Assembly: GCA_002269645.1 (NCBI GenBank)
Contig: NIVC01000380.1
Location: 310,001 to 374,000 of the forward strand
Reading direction: 5' to 3'
Source: Macrostomum lignano
Taxonomy: Eukaryota
Length of the DNA stretch: 64,000 nucleotides
Part shown: in pieces, positions 51,788 through 64,000 of the stretch
Numbering within the stretch: the stretch's first letter is position 1
How the letters are laid out: the number at the start of each line of letters is the position of its first letter
Made by a program: the position numbers and the translations under genes
The notes under the pieces: generated by a model
The model's database searches: none
Seen by the model: the letters and a program-made list of their open reading frames with translations, nothing else
Told to the model about the DNA's origin: nothing

Positions 51788-51850
51788 TTAGATTCGAACC
51801 TAGGTCGCTGCATTAGCAGTCTGGTCTGTTCAGCTCTAGGCTAGCTCTCA
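51788..51850 (-). other. tRNA-derived relic or possible SINE head (tRNA-Ser(GCT)-like)
   Basis: Box A-like TAGCCTAGAGCTG, GACTGCTAAT anticodon-loop match, and box B GGTTCGAATC; cannot form a full cloverleaf. Confidence 0.35.
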
Positions 51851-52269
51851 TCGAAGTTATCAGTGATGTTGTACCACTTATATAATTCAACACTCACACC
51901 AAGTCAGGTAGAGTAAAAAGTCTCACGAAGCAGTTATGACATAATCAATTTCTTAGGCAAGTCAGTACCAGTGTCTATGAAAGTTTACAATATGGTTACG
52001 TAATATAAATTCAGTACTGCGCTATGCTTTCACACTCAAAGCTGTGACGCAATTCAATTGAGTGTCAAATTCAGCCAGTACACAGACGATAAATAAAGTG
52101 TATTGTGATGCAATCTATTTCAGAATCAGAATTCAACCAGTCAGTTTTTCTGCTAGCATTCTTACGATGCATTTCAAGTCAAAAGAGCTGCTTGACCTTT
52201 GCAAAAAAGCATGTTTTTCGAATATTTAATCCCTTTAGCATCAAGCAATTTCTTAGCCACGATGCATGT

Positions 52270-52405
52270 ACTGTCACGGGAAAATTTCTGATCGAACAGT
52301 GCAAGTTCGAAGAAAATCGGTTGAGCCGTTTTTGCTAAAATCGATCACACACACACACATACACACACACATACCGACAGACCATTTTTAGTATATTGGA
52401 GGATG
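52270..52405 (+). mobile_element. Possible end of a non-autonomous Helitron-like element
   Basis: aaaatcggttgagccgtttt hairpin followed by a (CA)n/cagac tract and an AT-rich end, an arrangement seen in such elements; other end not found. Confidence 0.3.
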
Positions 52406-53962
52406 CTTGAATTTAAGCTTTCAATTACAAATTTAGGGTTCTACGGATGAAATCTATGAATCTATATGGATTCTGGCTGGCCGCTGGACTATGCTTGTGG
52501 CTTTAAAAATCCCTTTTAATTATAATTGCATACATTTTTATTAAACACATGAATTGCTGATGCCAATGGCTATAGCACATCGACCAGTGACATTTCTGCT
52601 TTCAAAGATGTCAGAGGAGTCAAATTATAGGGAGGAGAGGAGTGAAGACTTGAAATTGCTAACTGATGACCAGAAATAGGAGTTGTGGAGTCAGGACTGC
52701 AAAGAGAACGAGAAGTAGACTGCTAGAGGTACCTCAGGACGAGTAACTCCCTTCAGTCGTCACTTTTGGAAAAAAAGATCATCACAGAAAGCCTGAGATG
52801 AAGCGTTCTCCTTTCACGGAAATTTCGGGGTCGGGTACATATAGGGTCGGGTTTCGAGTTGTGGGTACAGGGTCCGGGTCAGGTTTCAGGTTCGGGGTCA
52901 GTGTTTCAGATTTGGGGCTTACCCCGAACCCGGAAAAAGTGGAAACCCAAACACCCCTACTATGGACAGAGCTTTTTCTTTACTTTTTCTGTAATCTCTC
53001 TATCCCAAAATTTATCCAACTCAACACATAGATTTGCAAAACCCCAAAAAATCTCTAACCCACACACTTAGCAACCTAAATTCGTGTACAACTAGGGCAC
53101 TGAGTCCCAGATTTTTAGTGCTTAAAAGCCCCCGCCGTTGCTAACCACGCGTCGGTTTTATCTGACTGTCTGATAGAAGAATTATAGGAGCTGTAAGAAC
53201 CTTCGATCGCTAGACCCACATCATAGAAAGTGAGAACACAAACGATAAGGTAACCAGAAGAAATAGAGATAAACTGAAGTGATAGTGTGCCAGCAGATCC
53301 CTTTTAGATTCCTTTGGGATGCCAAAGCAAATTATCCGTTTATTTTTTTATTGAAGCTTGTACTACATTACTGTAATGCAAGAAGATGAGCTCCTGGAAA
53401 GAACCGTAAAGCGAGTCTTATTAAGGAAGTAGCTGCAATCTGCACAAAATAATTTCGAGTATTGTTTGCATTGAATCCTGGCTTATGACTATGACCGACG
53501 AGGCTTAGTCTACAGCGAAGTACACCATGAAATACTTGGCTCCAAATGCCTTTCTCCGTCTGGACCTTCGCAGGCTGAATTCCCTCCTTAAACTTTGCAG
53601 CTTACTTGCTAATTAGGATATATTTGTTTTACCACCTACAAAGCAGCGGTTTTAACCCATAACTAAAAAGATACCATTCCCTTATGGCAATGTCGCTAGA
53701 CTCTGTACTCTGAGAATGGGCGTACCTTAAACAATGCTTTATCCACGACTTTACATAAAATTTTTCTGTTATATAAAATTACATAAAAATCTATTTACAT
53801 CATCTGTTCCTTTTGTCATTGGCATTGATTTCTTAAGCAAGACATCATGCTCGACAATTTTCATCTAAAAGTCTTTCCTTACTTTTAAAAAGTAATGAAA
53901 GTTACTAAAAATACAAACGTAAATCTCATATAAATGAAATAATGACTCCAAAGTTCTAAATA

Positions 53963-55910
53963 CGAGTGGGGTGGTCACAAAAGTAGTGTCGCTTTGCTTT
54001 CCATCATGATTCTGATGGGCTGCTAGAAATGAATTATGTTAGCTCTCTAGGGTTAAAAGTCCCATTGTTTCGTGTGCTAAAGATTTACACAGACGTAAAG
54101 TCCACTACGACTCTGGGTAGAAGCAAGTATTGGTGGAGATGAGGCAGCACAGACTTGTAGAGCACAAGCGACTGAGATTTATTAATGTCACGGACGCGAG
54201 TATTAATTCACTCTGCAGAAGGGCAACGACACGCCACATTCACCCTTAGGAATCTTGGTCAAAAGTGCCCAGAGACCCATGGGAATCTGATTTGCGTCCA
54301 ACCAGAACAAGAACGGTCTACCGGTGGATGGAGCAGTTTGAGGCTGGTCGACAAAGTGTGTGTGAGGCCATCTTGCCCGAGTGGACGCCCCAGGACATCC
54401 GCATCAAAAGACCTGCCTGACAGCATTTTGGATTTGCTGGAAAAGGATCCCCGCTACACAATCAGGCAGATTGCTGGCAGACTGGATGCCACCAGGTCCT
54501 GCGTACACCGCTGCATAACAGACAGCATGGGACAGGTGAAGTTGAGTGCCCGTTGCGTCCCGCGGCTCCTGACTGAGGACCTGAAAGCACAACGTGTAGA
54601 GGTCTGCAAGTCAAACAAGCATCAGGCCGAGCACCATGAGCTTTAGGGAGCAAATTGTCACTGGTGACGAGACGTGGATTCCCCACTTCGCTCCTCTCAC
54701 CAAGTCGCAATCAATGGTCTGGACAATCAAGGGATCCGATCCGATAGAAGCACGGCCACAATTCCAGAAGGTAATGGCTTTGGTCTTCTTCGACTGTCCT
54801 GGTCCATTGATGATTGACTTCCAGGAGCCCAACACGGCAGTGAAATCTGACCGTTACATGCAAGCCCTTACCAGACTGCGTCGCGACATCAGTAATAGGA
54901 GACGCTCTGGTCGACAGCCCTGCTGTTGCTCCATGACGTAAAGTCCACATATATTGTCACAAACTCGACAAAGATGGATGATTGACAAGGAGCGCTGGCG
55001 GGTCTTGCAGGCTTCGATGACAGAGCGGATGGTGGCAATCTGCTCGGTGGTGGACCTGCCCGGGCGGAAGCCGCTTTGGTCCTGTGCTCGCCTGCAGTGA
55101 TGGGGCCGGTGTTGAAGGCTGGAGCGAAGTCCGGGATCGGCAGAAGAAAGAGGCGCAGTTGGAGCAGGCGCGTTGAGCACCTCGCGGTAGTGGGTGGCCA
55201 GCAGGGCCTTGCGTTGCTCGGTGGAATCAGCGCCGACGATGGTGTTGGGCCTGGGCTTCCTGCCACTCAGCTGGTTGATGGCCCTCCAGGCAGCACTATG
55301 GCGGCAGTTGTCAGTAACGAGTTGGATTTAGGTCACAGCCTCTTCGATGAAGGCTTCAGTCCGCTGCAGCGCATCTACGCTCCATTGACAATGCCAGACC
55401 ACATACCGCCAAGAGGACCCAGGAGGCCGTAGAGAAGTTGCATTACAACATGTTGCCACACCTGCCCTACTCACCAGATTTGGCTCCATCGGATTACGCC
55501 TTGTTTCCTCATCTGAAGCAATTGCTGCGCGGGGTCGCGTTTATGAGGTGAGGATCGGGACTGCAGCATGGACGCTGTTCGCCACATCCTGGTCTACGAG
55601 ATTTCTCCATAATTCTACGATCGATGCACTCCGCCCCCGATGGCAGAAGTGTGTCCAGCTGAATGGAAACTACGTTGAGAAGAGGACAACGCCCATGGAT
55701 GAGGATGAGTAGTTATGTACCTCGCACTGTATAAAACTATGTCCTTGGCCCAATGCTAAATCCTTCATCACTTTTTCACTTTTTTCAATTGCAAAAGTTT
55801 TGGTGACATTTTGTTAAAGCCGCTATTCAGTAATTATTCCCTGTGTTTCAATTTATGATCATGGAAGGTAGTGCAAGCAAATGTGACAATACTTTTTCGA
55901 ACACCCTTCG
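53963..55910 (+). mobile_element. Tc1/mariner (mariner-type) transposon relic
   Basis: TA TSD at 53961-62 and 55911-12; TIRs CGAGTGGGGTGGTCACAAAAGTAGTGTC and CGAAGGGTGTTCGAAAAAGTATTGTC; transposase motifs SARCVPRLL, IVTGDETW, KVMALVFFD and PYSPDLAPSDYALF. Confidence 0.88.
54940..55430 (-). mobile_element. Decayed RTE-like RT fragment inserted antisense in the mariner
   Basis: QSGFRPGRSTTEQIATIRSVIEACKTRQRSLSI followed by IFVEF; interrupts the mariner just after the HD of the HDN motif. Confidence 0.7.
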
Positions 55911-56332
55911 TAGTTGCTGTCGATACTTCGTTTTCATTTTTTTCTGAATTTTTTGCATTTTTGAATTTCTGAAGACGTTCTGAATTTTTTTAAGAACGCA
56001 GAAAATAAAATTCTAGTATTGGAATTGGAGTTTCAACTTCATGAAATTTAAAATAAAAATGAATTGAAAAACTTCGGAGAAAAACGAAAATTTTAAAATA
56101 GAAATGAATTGAAAAACTTGAACGAAAACTTTTAGCCACTCACATTCTAAAATTCAATTTCTACGTGGTAGTTGATGTAGGAATTTGCAACGTGGCACAA
56201 ATTTATTTCAAGAATTTGCATTCGAGCTCTATAAAAGAAAGAGAGGCTCGAGGCTGCCGAATCAAGTTTTCGACGATCACAGAGAAGTCTAGTAAAACAA
56301 ACTCTCGAAGCAAAAAAGCAATTGAAGCAATC

Positions 56333-57934
56333 ATGCAGTTTGCAACTCTTGCTCTGTTCCTTCTTGTTGCGGTTTCAAGCGTCTTCGGAGGTAAGTCTCT
56401 ATACCCTGGATGGATTAGTATGAATTTAATTGAAATAGTATTAGTCTTATCTTATGTGTATTTGTATTAAAAATTATACCGGGCTCTGCCTTTACTTTCA
56501 GGCTACGTCAGTAAGTGCCTACGCGTCATTCCAAAGCAAAATTGATATTTATTCATAGATTAATTACTAGCTGAGAGTAAAAATTTACGCATTTATTCAA
56601 TTTTGGCTTTGCAATTAGGATGTATTTCACTGATTTCGTATTTTAATTCTGGGTATTTAGTGTGCTATTTTACCAACAATAATCGAGTTCCCATATCTCA
56701 ATTTCAGATATACCAGGTAAGTATCTACGACTACGAGTATTAACCCCAAAACCTATAAACAGCTAGGCTAAATAGGCTAGATGTTAAATAGGTGTACGCA
56801 TTTATAAAGCAAGCATTCTCCAGCTAATTAGATTGAATGCATCTTAATTTGGTCCGTTATGCCAGGTGACATTTTGACTCGACTCGCTGACTTCCTTGTC
56901 CTTTTGAGTCTGTTGTGCATTTGTGCGCTACTTCAGCTTCTCTCTCGTGTTGACCATTATCTTCCTCACGCCTTTGCGAGAGTGCCTTACCTTCATAATG
57001 CGTCTTGCTTTCTGATGACCATAATTTGTTTCATAGTGAAGCTGCAAAACCAATGCATATGCCTGACTATTCGAATCAATAGTTAGCCGCCACAGCGACC
57101 ACTCCCTGGGCTTCGCAGCGACTAACACTACCTGATATGCGGCCAAGTTGATCTGCTTGCAGATGTGTTGTGACTCGGTAGCCTTGGAAATTGTATTCAT
57201 ATGTATTTATAATGCACTGGCGTACATTTCCTACCAACAATAATTGAATTTTTACTAAAAAATTTCAGGAACATATTATAAGGGTTGTTTTTTGCATTTT
57301 GAGCATGAAAGTGCTCTAATTAGATTCGCCAAAGAGGACTCCAACATGTTTCTTCGTTCATGCATTTGGGCATGTCGAGACAGTAAAAAAATATATTTTG
57401 GAGTACAAGAAACAAACTGCTATTGCGGAGACCAGATCATATCAGAGCCGATTTTGCCATCACAGTGCGATCGCAGGTGTCCGGGAAACAACCGGGAAAC
57501 TTGTGGTGGCAATTTTGGTATGAGTATCTACGAAGTGCCACCTACTACGGCTGTAATAGTGCCGGGTAAGTGGACAGCCGTAGCCGTATGATTTATTAGC
57601 TGTCAAAAATTTACAGAGTCACACTTTTGTCGTTTTTTCAGCACCGTCAAAGGGATGTTATTATTATAAAAAAGATTTAGTCTTGGACTTCAAGTTGAAA
57701 AAAAATTTTGCGGCTATGAACCAAAGAATGTGTGCTGAAGGCTGCTTGCAATGGTCATACAAATATTTTGGTCTAGCAAATGGCAACGAGTGCCACTGTG
57801 GCAATAGAATACTGCAAGGAAAAGCAGCGCCTAACAGGCTCTGTAACGCTCGATGCAAGAAAGGCATGGAAAATGAAACGTGTGGTGGCGCTAAGGCAAT
57901 GGAAGTATTCAATTTGCTTACTACACATATCTGA
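56333..57934 (+). CDS. Secreted protein with two WSC domains, 5 exons including two 9-nt micro-exons, 221 aa
   Basis: Exons 56333-56390 (signal peptide MQFATLALFLLVAVSSVFG), 56502-56510, 56708-56716, 57269-57565 and 57642-57934; all introns phase 1 with AG/GTAAG ends; 666 nt. WSC patterns YKGCF..C..C..YFG..CYCG..C..C.G..ETCGG occur twice; AATAAA near 58016. Confidence 0.88.
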
Positions 57935-59289
57935 GCCGAACAGCTACTGACTAGCTGGAATTTGACCAAAACTTTAAACACACTATCTAACAGCAGAATG
58001 TAAAAGTTCAAGCTCAATAAACATTGTTTAGTGAAAAATCTAAGATCTGCATAAAAATTGATGCAATGAAAACTGACTCTGTCATTTCTTACATATTTTG
58101 CAACTTACATATCATTACGCCAGGGATAATATGAATTCATTAATGCACAAGAGTTAAAAACATCAAAATCATCAAACAATTTTCTCGTGCGAGGGAAAGA
58201 TGAAATGTAAAAGTTTTATAGCAAATTCGGAAGTGGTTGCAAACAAACCGAAGCACATTTCTTCTTTCTGAATAACTTAAATCTCGTATATTAACCATCG
58301 CCTCGCACTGATAGTCTTTAAGTGAAAGTGGCAGAATATTCAAAGAGGCGCTTTGTCCATATGGGAAGAAATTGATGTCATTATTATATTCAGAAGCCTT
58401 CGAAGCAGCCTTCTCATCACAGTCTTCACTCGCAGCAACACACTTCTCCCATGGCTTAAGCATTCTTTCATCTTCCCCTGTTGCAACTAACTTGCGATCT
58501 TCTGATCTCCGTCGAGCTTTTTTTGATCTGCGAGCTCTGGCCGGTTCTTTGAGCTTAGAGCTCGCAAGGTTCTCTTTGATCTACTGGCAAGGCCGGCATG
58601 TTTTCAGGTATCTTTAGTTTTATGGCTCCAGTTGGATCTGCAAGCAGACCCTGTCAGTTCTTGTTTTTTTCAGTTCTCCATGGTTGAGTCAGTCGGTTGG
58701 GATCTGCCCGTAGAGCCGGCCGGTCTTTCGGACCGAGGTTGGGTTTAGAAAGGTCCCCGTCCCTAGTTTGAGTGCATTATCCACAGTCGGCTCGAAGCCA
58801 TGATACAAGTTGATGAGTTACCCACGAGGGCCACGATACCTATCTGGCCGCTCCACCTGACCAGGCAGGATGCCAAAAAAAGATTCCTCAAGGCTGGCTT
58901 GACACCAGAAGGTGGACCACTAGCGACCGGACTACTCCCCGGCCTTCCAGCCTAGCAGCGCAGAGAACGCCTCAGGCGTTAGAGGGCCGCGTACGTTGGG
59001 CAGAACCAAGGCCTGCAAGCCACATACCCCAGTTCGGCCGGAGCTACTGGATGGGTCGCCAGCACCAGAGACCGAGGGTCTGCCTTGCACACCAGTGGGG
59101 AAGAGTTCTCTAAGTTGGCTAACGAAACAGCTTGGGGGAGTCTGCGGCTGCCAGAGACAAATAGATGGTGCAGATCTCTCACCAACCTTGACGTGCACAG
59201 TAGGGGGGGGGGCGTGAAACATCGCAGACCATAGCCCATAGGCCTAGTGTCTCGTACTACAGGGACATTCTGAAACGCCATCAGGGGCC

Positions 59290-59645
59290 CTCTCACCGAT
59301 CACCAACCATGAGTCACTTGTGCCCCTCACCGATCACCAACCATGAGTCACATGTGCCTCTCATCGATCACCAACCATGAGTCACTTGTGCCCCTCACCG
59401 ATCACCAACCATGAGCTACATGTGCCTCTCACCGATCACAAACCATTAGTCACTTGTGCCTCTCACCGATCACAAATCATGAGCTACATGTGCCTCTCAC
59501 CGATCACAAACCATGAGCTACATGTGCCTCTCACCGATCACAAACCATTAGTCACTTGTGCCTCTAACCGATCACAAACCATAAGTCACTTGTGCCTCTC
59601 ACCGATCACCAACCATGAGTCACTTTGTGCCTCTCACCGATCACC
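59290..59645. repeat. 35-bp minisatellite (ctctcaccgatcaccaaccatgagtcacttgtgcc)
   Basis: Tandem units visible. Confidence 0.9.
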
Positions 59646-59689
59646 TACCAAGAGGCGCTTGTAATTTGGATGCAGAAGGTACCTTGCTA

Positions 59690-60245
59690 TGTGTGCAGGT
59701 GTTTCAGTGGGTGTCTGCCATGTGTGCAGGTGTTTCAGCGGGTGTCTGCCATGTTTCCAGGTGTTTCAGCGGGTGTCTGCCATGTGTGCAGGTGTTTCAG
59801 TGGGTGTCTGCCATGTGTGCAGGTGTTTCAGCGGGTGTCTGCCATGTTTCCAGGTGTTTCAGCGGGTGTCTGCCATGTGTGCAGGTGTTTCAGCGGGTGT
59901 CTGCCATGTTTCCAGGTGTTTCAGCGGGTGTATGCCATGTGTGCAGGTGTTTCAGCGGGTGTCTGCCATGTGTGCAGGTGTTTCAGCGGGTGTCTGCCAT
60001 GTGTACAGGTGTTTCAGCGGGTGTCTGCCATGTGTGCAGGTGTTTCAGCGAGTGTCTACACCATGTGTGCAGGTGTTTCAGCGGGTGTCTGCCATGTGTG
60101 CAGGTGTTTCAGCGGGTGTCTGCCATGTGTGCAGGTGTTTCAGCGGGTGTATGCCATGTGTGCAAGTGTTTCAGCGGGTGTATGCCATGTGTGCAGGTGT
60201 TTTAGCGGGTGTATGCCATGTATGCAGGTGTTTCAGCGGGTGTCA
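59690..60245. repeat. 31-bp minisatellite (gtgtgcaggtgtttcagcgggtgtctgccat)
   Basis: Period 31; ORFs rotate through all three frames. Confidence 0.92.
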
Positions 60246-61321
60246 ATCCGGTGTGCAGTTTACTTTATTTTAAAATGTATCTAGCTATTAGCTCGTAATG
60301 AGCACAATAGACCGTTAAACAATAATTAAATTTTGAATTGGATCCATTGCAATTTTTTTATTTTTGGAATTTGTTTTACGTAAAAGACTTTGGATTCGAA
60401 AGTTTTCAAATGATTTGAATGTTTCAACCAAGAGAATGAGAGGTCGGATTACATTTTTTTCTGAGCGATTTCTTGGAGGTTTTGTCAATGCCCTGAGTGC
60501 TTTGAAAATTCAAAAAAGTGAAATGGTAAATACTACCTTTATGGAATTAAAAAAATTAAAATAAAAACTTTTCAATTTGTAAAGACATTCCTGCGATTCC
60601 TGTGATTCCTGCCGTCAATGTGGTCCGCCGACTGCTTGCTTTACTTTTTCATCATTCCAATATTCACTACCCCCTTGAGGACCCCCTCTTTATTCTGGTT
60701 TCCCCTCTATGAACCAGTGCGAGTATTTTATCACCCAAATGCACACACCAAAACCTCATTTCGAATTCACAATCTTTTTATTCTTCGCTAATCCAATATT
60801 TTCGCTGATACGAGTATATTATAAGCCCGGGCTGACCCGAGGGTCCCTTCCAGACCTAATCGTTTAAAAAACAGAAAAGACATTCCTAACTGAGTGCAAA
60901 AATAGTAAGTTTTTGTCTCTTGATAGTGAAAACAAAACTCAAATAGCTCGTATTATTCTCACAACTTTCATATGAAGAGATTGGATATGTGAGGGCTCTG
61001 CCCCTGCAAAAAAGGGCTAACCCATAGATCTTATATTCCCTAGATAGGCCACTTGTATGGCGGCAATAGGGAAAGTGCGACCGCTGTTTTTCGTCCCTTG
61101 TGCGAAAAAAGCCGACATGGGTTGCTTCAATTTTGAGTTCAGTAGCTTAGGGACAGGGACGCTATTTTGAGAATTGAATAAAACTTCTCATGAATTTATT
61201 AAACAGCTACTCAATTAAACTAAGAATGATGCAATTCACATGAATTCACTGCAGAGACTACTGACTAAATTGAGTTCAGTAGTTGATTTTCGCGCTGTTG
61301 CGAGATGAAAAAATTTTCATC

Positions 61322-61767
61322 TCGCCGATTCCTGGTTCGCCGGAATTCCTGATTTGCCGAAGTTCCTGATTTGCCGAATTCACTATTCGGCCAATTCGTA
61401 CTACGTCGAATATCTGGTAATGCCTGTAGCCTGTGCTAGCTAATACAATAGATAGGCCATTCTTTGTTTGAACTTTTTGTACATTTTTGCTTGTTATTTG
61501 ACTCGGGAATTACGGCGAATCAGGAATCGGCGAATCGGGATTCGGCAAAAGAGGAATTTCGGCAAATCGGGAATAGGCAACTCGGGAATTCCGGCGAACC
61601 AGGAATCGGCGAATCGGGATTCGGCAAAAGAGGAATTTCCGCAAATAAGGAATTTCGGCAAATCGGGAATAGGCGACTCGGGAATTCCGGCGAACCAGGA
61701 ATCAGCGAATCAGGATTCGGCGAGCTGGGAATCGGCAAATCGGGATTCGGCGAATCGGGGGTAGACC
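61322..61767. mobile_element. Asymmetric foldback/MITE relic (ggcgaatcgggattc subrepeats)
   Basis: Left arm tcgccgattcctggttcgccggaattcc is the reverse complement of sequence in the right arm; right end gggggtagaccc; left terminus missing. Confidence 0.6.
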
Positions 61768-63149
61768 CTTGCTAATTGGTTCGGCAATAATGTACATTGG
61801 CCAGTCCACTGAAATGTACATGGCCGCTTTAGGCTGGAATTTCCGATAAAGGCAATTAAAATTGGGGTGGGGCGGGGCTGGGCGGGGTGGGGTGGGACGG
61901 GGATGAGCGGGGTGGGGATGGAGTGGAAAGAAAGGCGCGGTTGGTTTTATTGGGGTCGGGGGGCAAGAGCCAATAAATGAACCTTGACTTTAAAATTAAA
62001 AATACATTAAAATGCTTCCGTTTAACTTGCTACTGAACTGAAAGTAGCTTACACGCAAATGTGCTGAGTGGCCCATCTAGTCTAGTTATTCTAGAATCTA
62101 TGATACAGATCAAATGCTATCAACCTAAAAGTGCCTCTCAGTCTCAACTTAAGCTCAAAAAGTGGAGCCCGAATAACCAATGTACACAAATGATACGTCA
62201 TTCTGCTCACAGTGACACCAGGAAGCTGGGTTGGGCAAAAATATTACAAAAAGTTGGACCTGGGATAGTTAGGGACAATTAGGGACTGCTCGAAAAAGGA
62301 AAAAAAGATAGTAATAACTACTTTTCCCTTTGAAAAATATTAGCTAATTATTTTGGGAGATAGTCGATTGTAAGTCAACAGCACAAGATTTTAATTTTTA
62401 TAGGCATAGATATAAGCTAACAACAGAATAATTCAGTTTATTTGTTGGCCAGGTGAGTTAAATTAATAGCGTCAAAAGTAACCTTATGTGCGCACTTTAA
62501 TGTTCGTAAATGGACCTAATGCAAAATGTTTTTACAATTGTTGATACAAACCAGCTATAGATAATTAATAGATATAGATAGTTAATCTATGAAGTTCGCG
62601 TGGAAATGATTGAAAGCGTTTAAATATTAACTGACGCAATATGAAGCTTTTCTGCAATTTAATATTTGAAAAGGACTTAACAAAATTGAAATAGTCGAAG
62701 GGACAAGACTAATAATATTAACATGTACAAATCTGAAGATAAGCGCTTAATTCATTATCTAAGCTAACACATGATATGATAATGACAATACGTGCTAATG
62801 TCTATACAATAATACTCAATACTAATGAACAACTCAAAATTTTTTTTATAAAGTTCTTCACTACTGAAAAATAGCAAAACAATTTAATAACAGGAAAGAC
62901 AAACAAAATGTTCAACGTGCAGACAGAGAAGTCAACACCTCCATTAAAATCTGCAATTAAGTCGACCAACAACAATGAATCTTATTTTAGCAGTGATTTA
63001 TCCTACGGAGATAGCAATTTCTTTTTTAACGTTAACGAAACAAAGCTAACAGACCTAAAGACTAGTTCATATTTGTTAGTTGCGACCAAGTTATTAGATA
63101 GTCAATAGACAGAACTAGTTATATATTGACTATCTATTAGGACTGCTTG

Positions 63150-64000
63150 TTAGACAGAGGACCCACTTTCTAAACGCAGGGGCCACTGTTAGACACAGAG
63201 GACCACTTTCTAGACACAGAGGACCACTGTTAGACACAGAGGACCACTTTCTAGACACAGGGGACCACTGTTAGACACAGATGACCCGATTGTTAGACAC
63301 AGATGATCCACTTGTTGGACACAGATGACCCGATTGTTAGACACAGATGACCCACTTGTTGGACACAGATGACCCGATTGTTAGACACAGATGACCCACT
63401 TGTTGGACACAGAGGACCCACTTGTTGGACACAGAGGACCCACTTGTTGGACACAGATGACCCGATTGTTAGACACAGATGACCCACTTGTTGGACACAG
63501 AGGACCCGATTGTTAGACACAGATGACCCACTTGTTGGACACAGAGGACCCGATTGTTAGACACAGATGACCCGATTGTTAGACACAGATGACCCACTTG
63601 TTGGACACAGAGGACCCACTTGTTAGACACAGATGACCCGATTGTTAGACACAGATGACCCGATTGTTAGACACAGATGACCCGATTGTTAGACACAGAT
63701 GACCTGATTGTTAGACACAAAGGACCCCCTTGTTGGACACAGAGGACCACTTTCTAGACACAGAGGACCCGATTGTTAGACACAGAGGACCCACTTGTTG
63801 GACACAGAGGACCCACTTGTTGGACACAGATGACCCGATTGTTAGACACAGATGACCCACTTGTTGGACACAGAGGACCCGATTGTTAGACACAGATGAC
63901 CCACTTGTTGGACACAGAGGACCCGATTGTTAGACACAGATGACCCACTTGTTGGACACAGAGGACCCGATTGTTAGACACAGATGACCCACTTGTTGGA
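63150..64000. repeat. 22-bp minisatellite (ttagacacagatgacccgattg / ttggacacagaggacccacttg), runs off the window end
   Basis: Tandem units with two interleaved variants. Confidence 0.93.

Noticed and set aside
48347-52959. Pairing TAGGGG.. (48347) with ..CCCCTA (52959) as one hAT-Ac-like element
   Set aside because: Both regions have gggttcggg subterminal-like repeats, but the flanking 8-mers (tgacaacc vs ctatggac) do not match, so one element cannot be supported.
54093-54951. Shared 14-mer gacgtaaagtccac at the mariner 5' region and the RT-insert junction
   Set aside because: Too short to distinguish a template switch from chance without consensus alignments.
58140-59296. ORFs of 70-107 aa downstream of the WSC gene
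   Set aside because: Several stops and frameshifts with no identifiable family; mentioned only as context for the 59640 spacer.

Overview
This is eukaryotic (invertebrate animal) genomic DNA with spliceosomal introns, many minisatellites and nested transposons. The repeat style resembles a free-living flatworm such as Macrostomum, but that is an inference. I reconstructed host genes by hand from splice sites and reading phase: an SLC20/PiT phosphate transporter (7 exons, runs off the window start), an intronless LicD-family nucleotidyltransferase, a 1261-aa RS/RD-rich protein with a ZC3H13/Flacc-like C-terminus, intronless VPS29, a FAM228-like gene, and a secreted two-WSC-domain gene with two 9-nt micro-exons. 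Mobile elements with recognisable ends or target-site duplications (TSDs): a CCC-ended, 2-bp-TSD (CMC/EnSpm-like) element carrying a decayed BEN-domain-like gene, a decayed hAT with two GC-AG introns and an inserted foldback element, a young 5'-truncated APE-RT-RNase H LINE, a hAT nested in another hAT, and a mariner relic. About 20 unrelated tandem arrays produce most of the long ORFs in the track; I treat those ORFs as artefacts. Several arrays fill introns almost from donor to acceptor. No database searches were run; family calls rest on recalled motifs.
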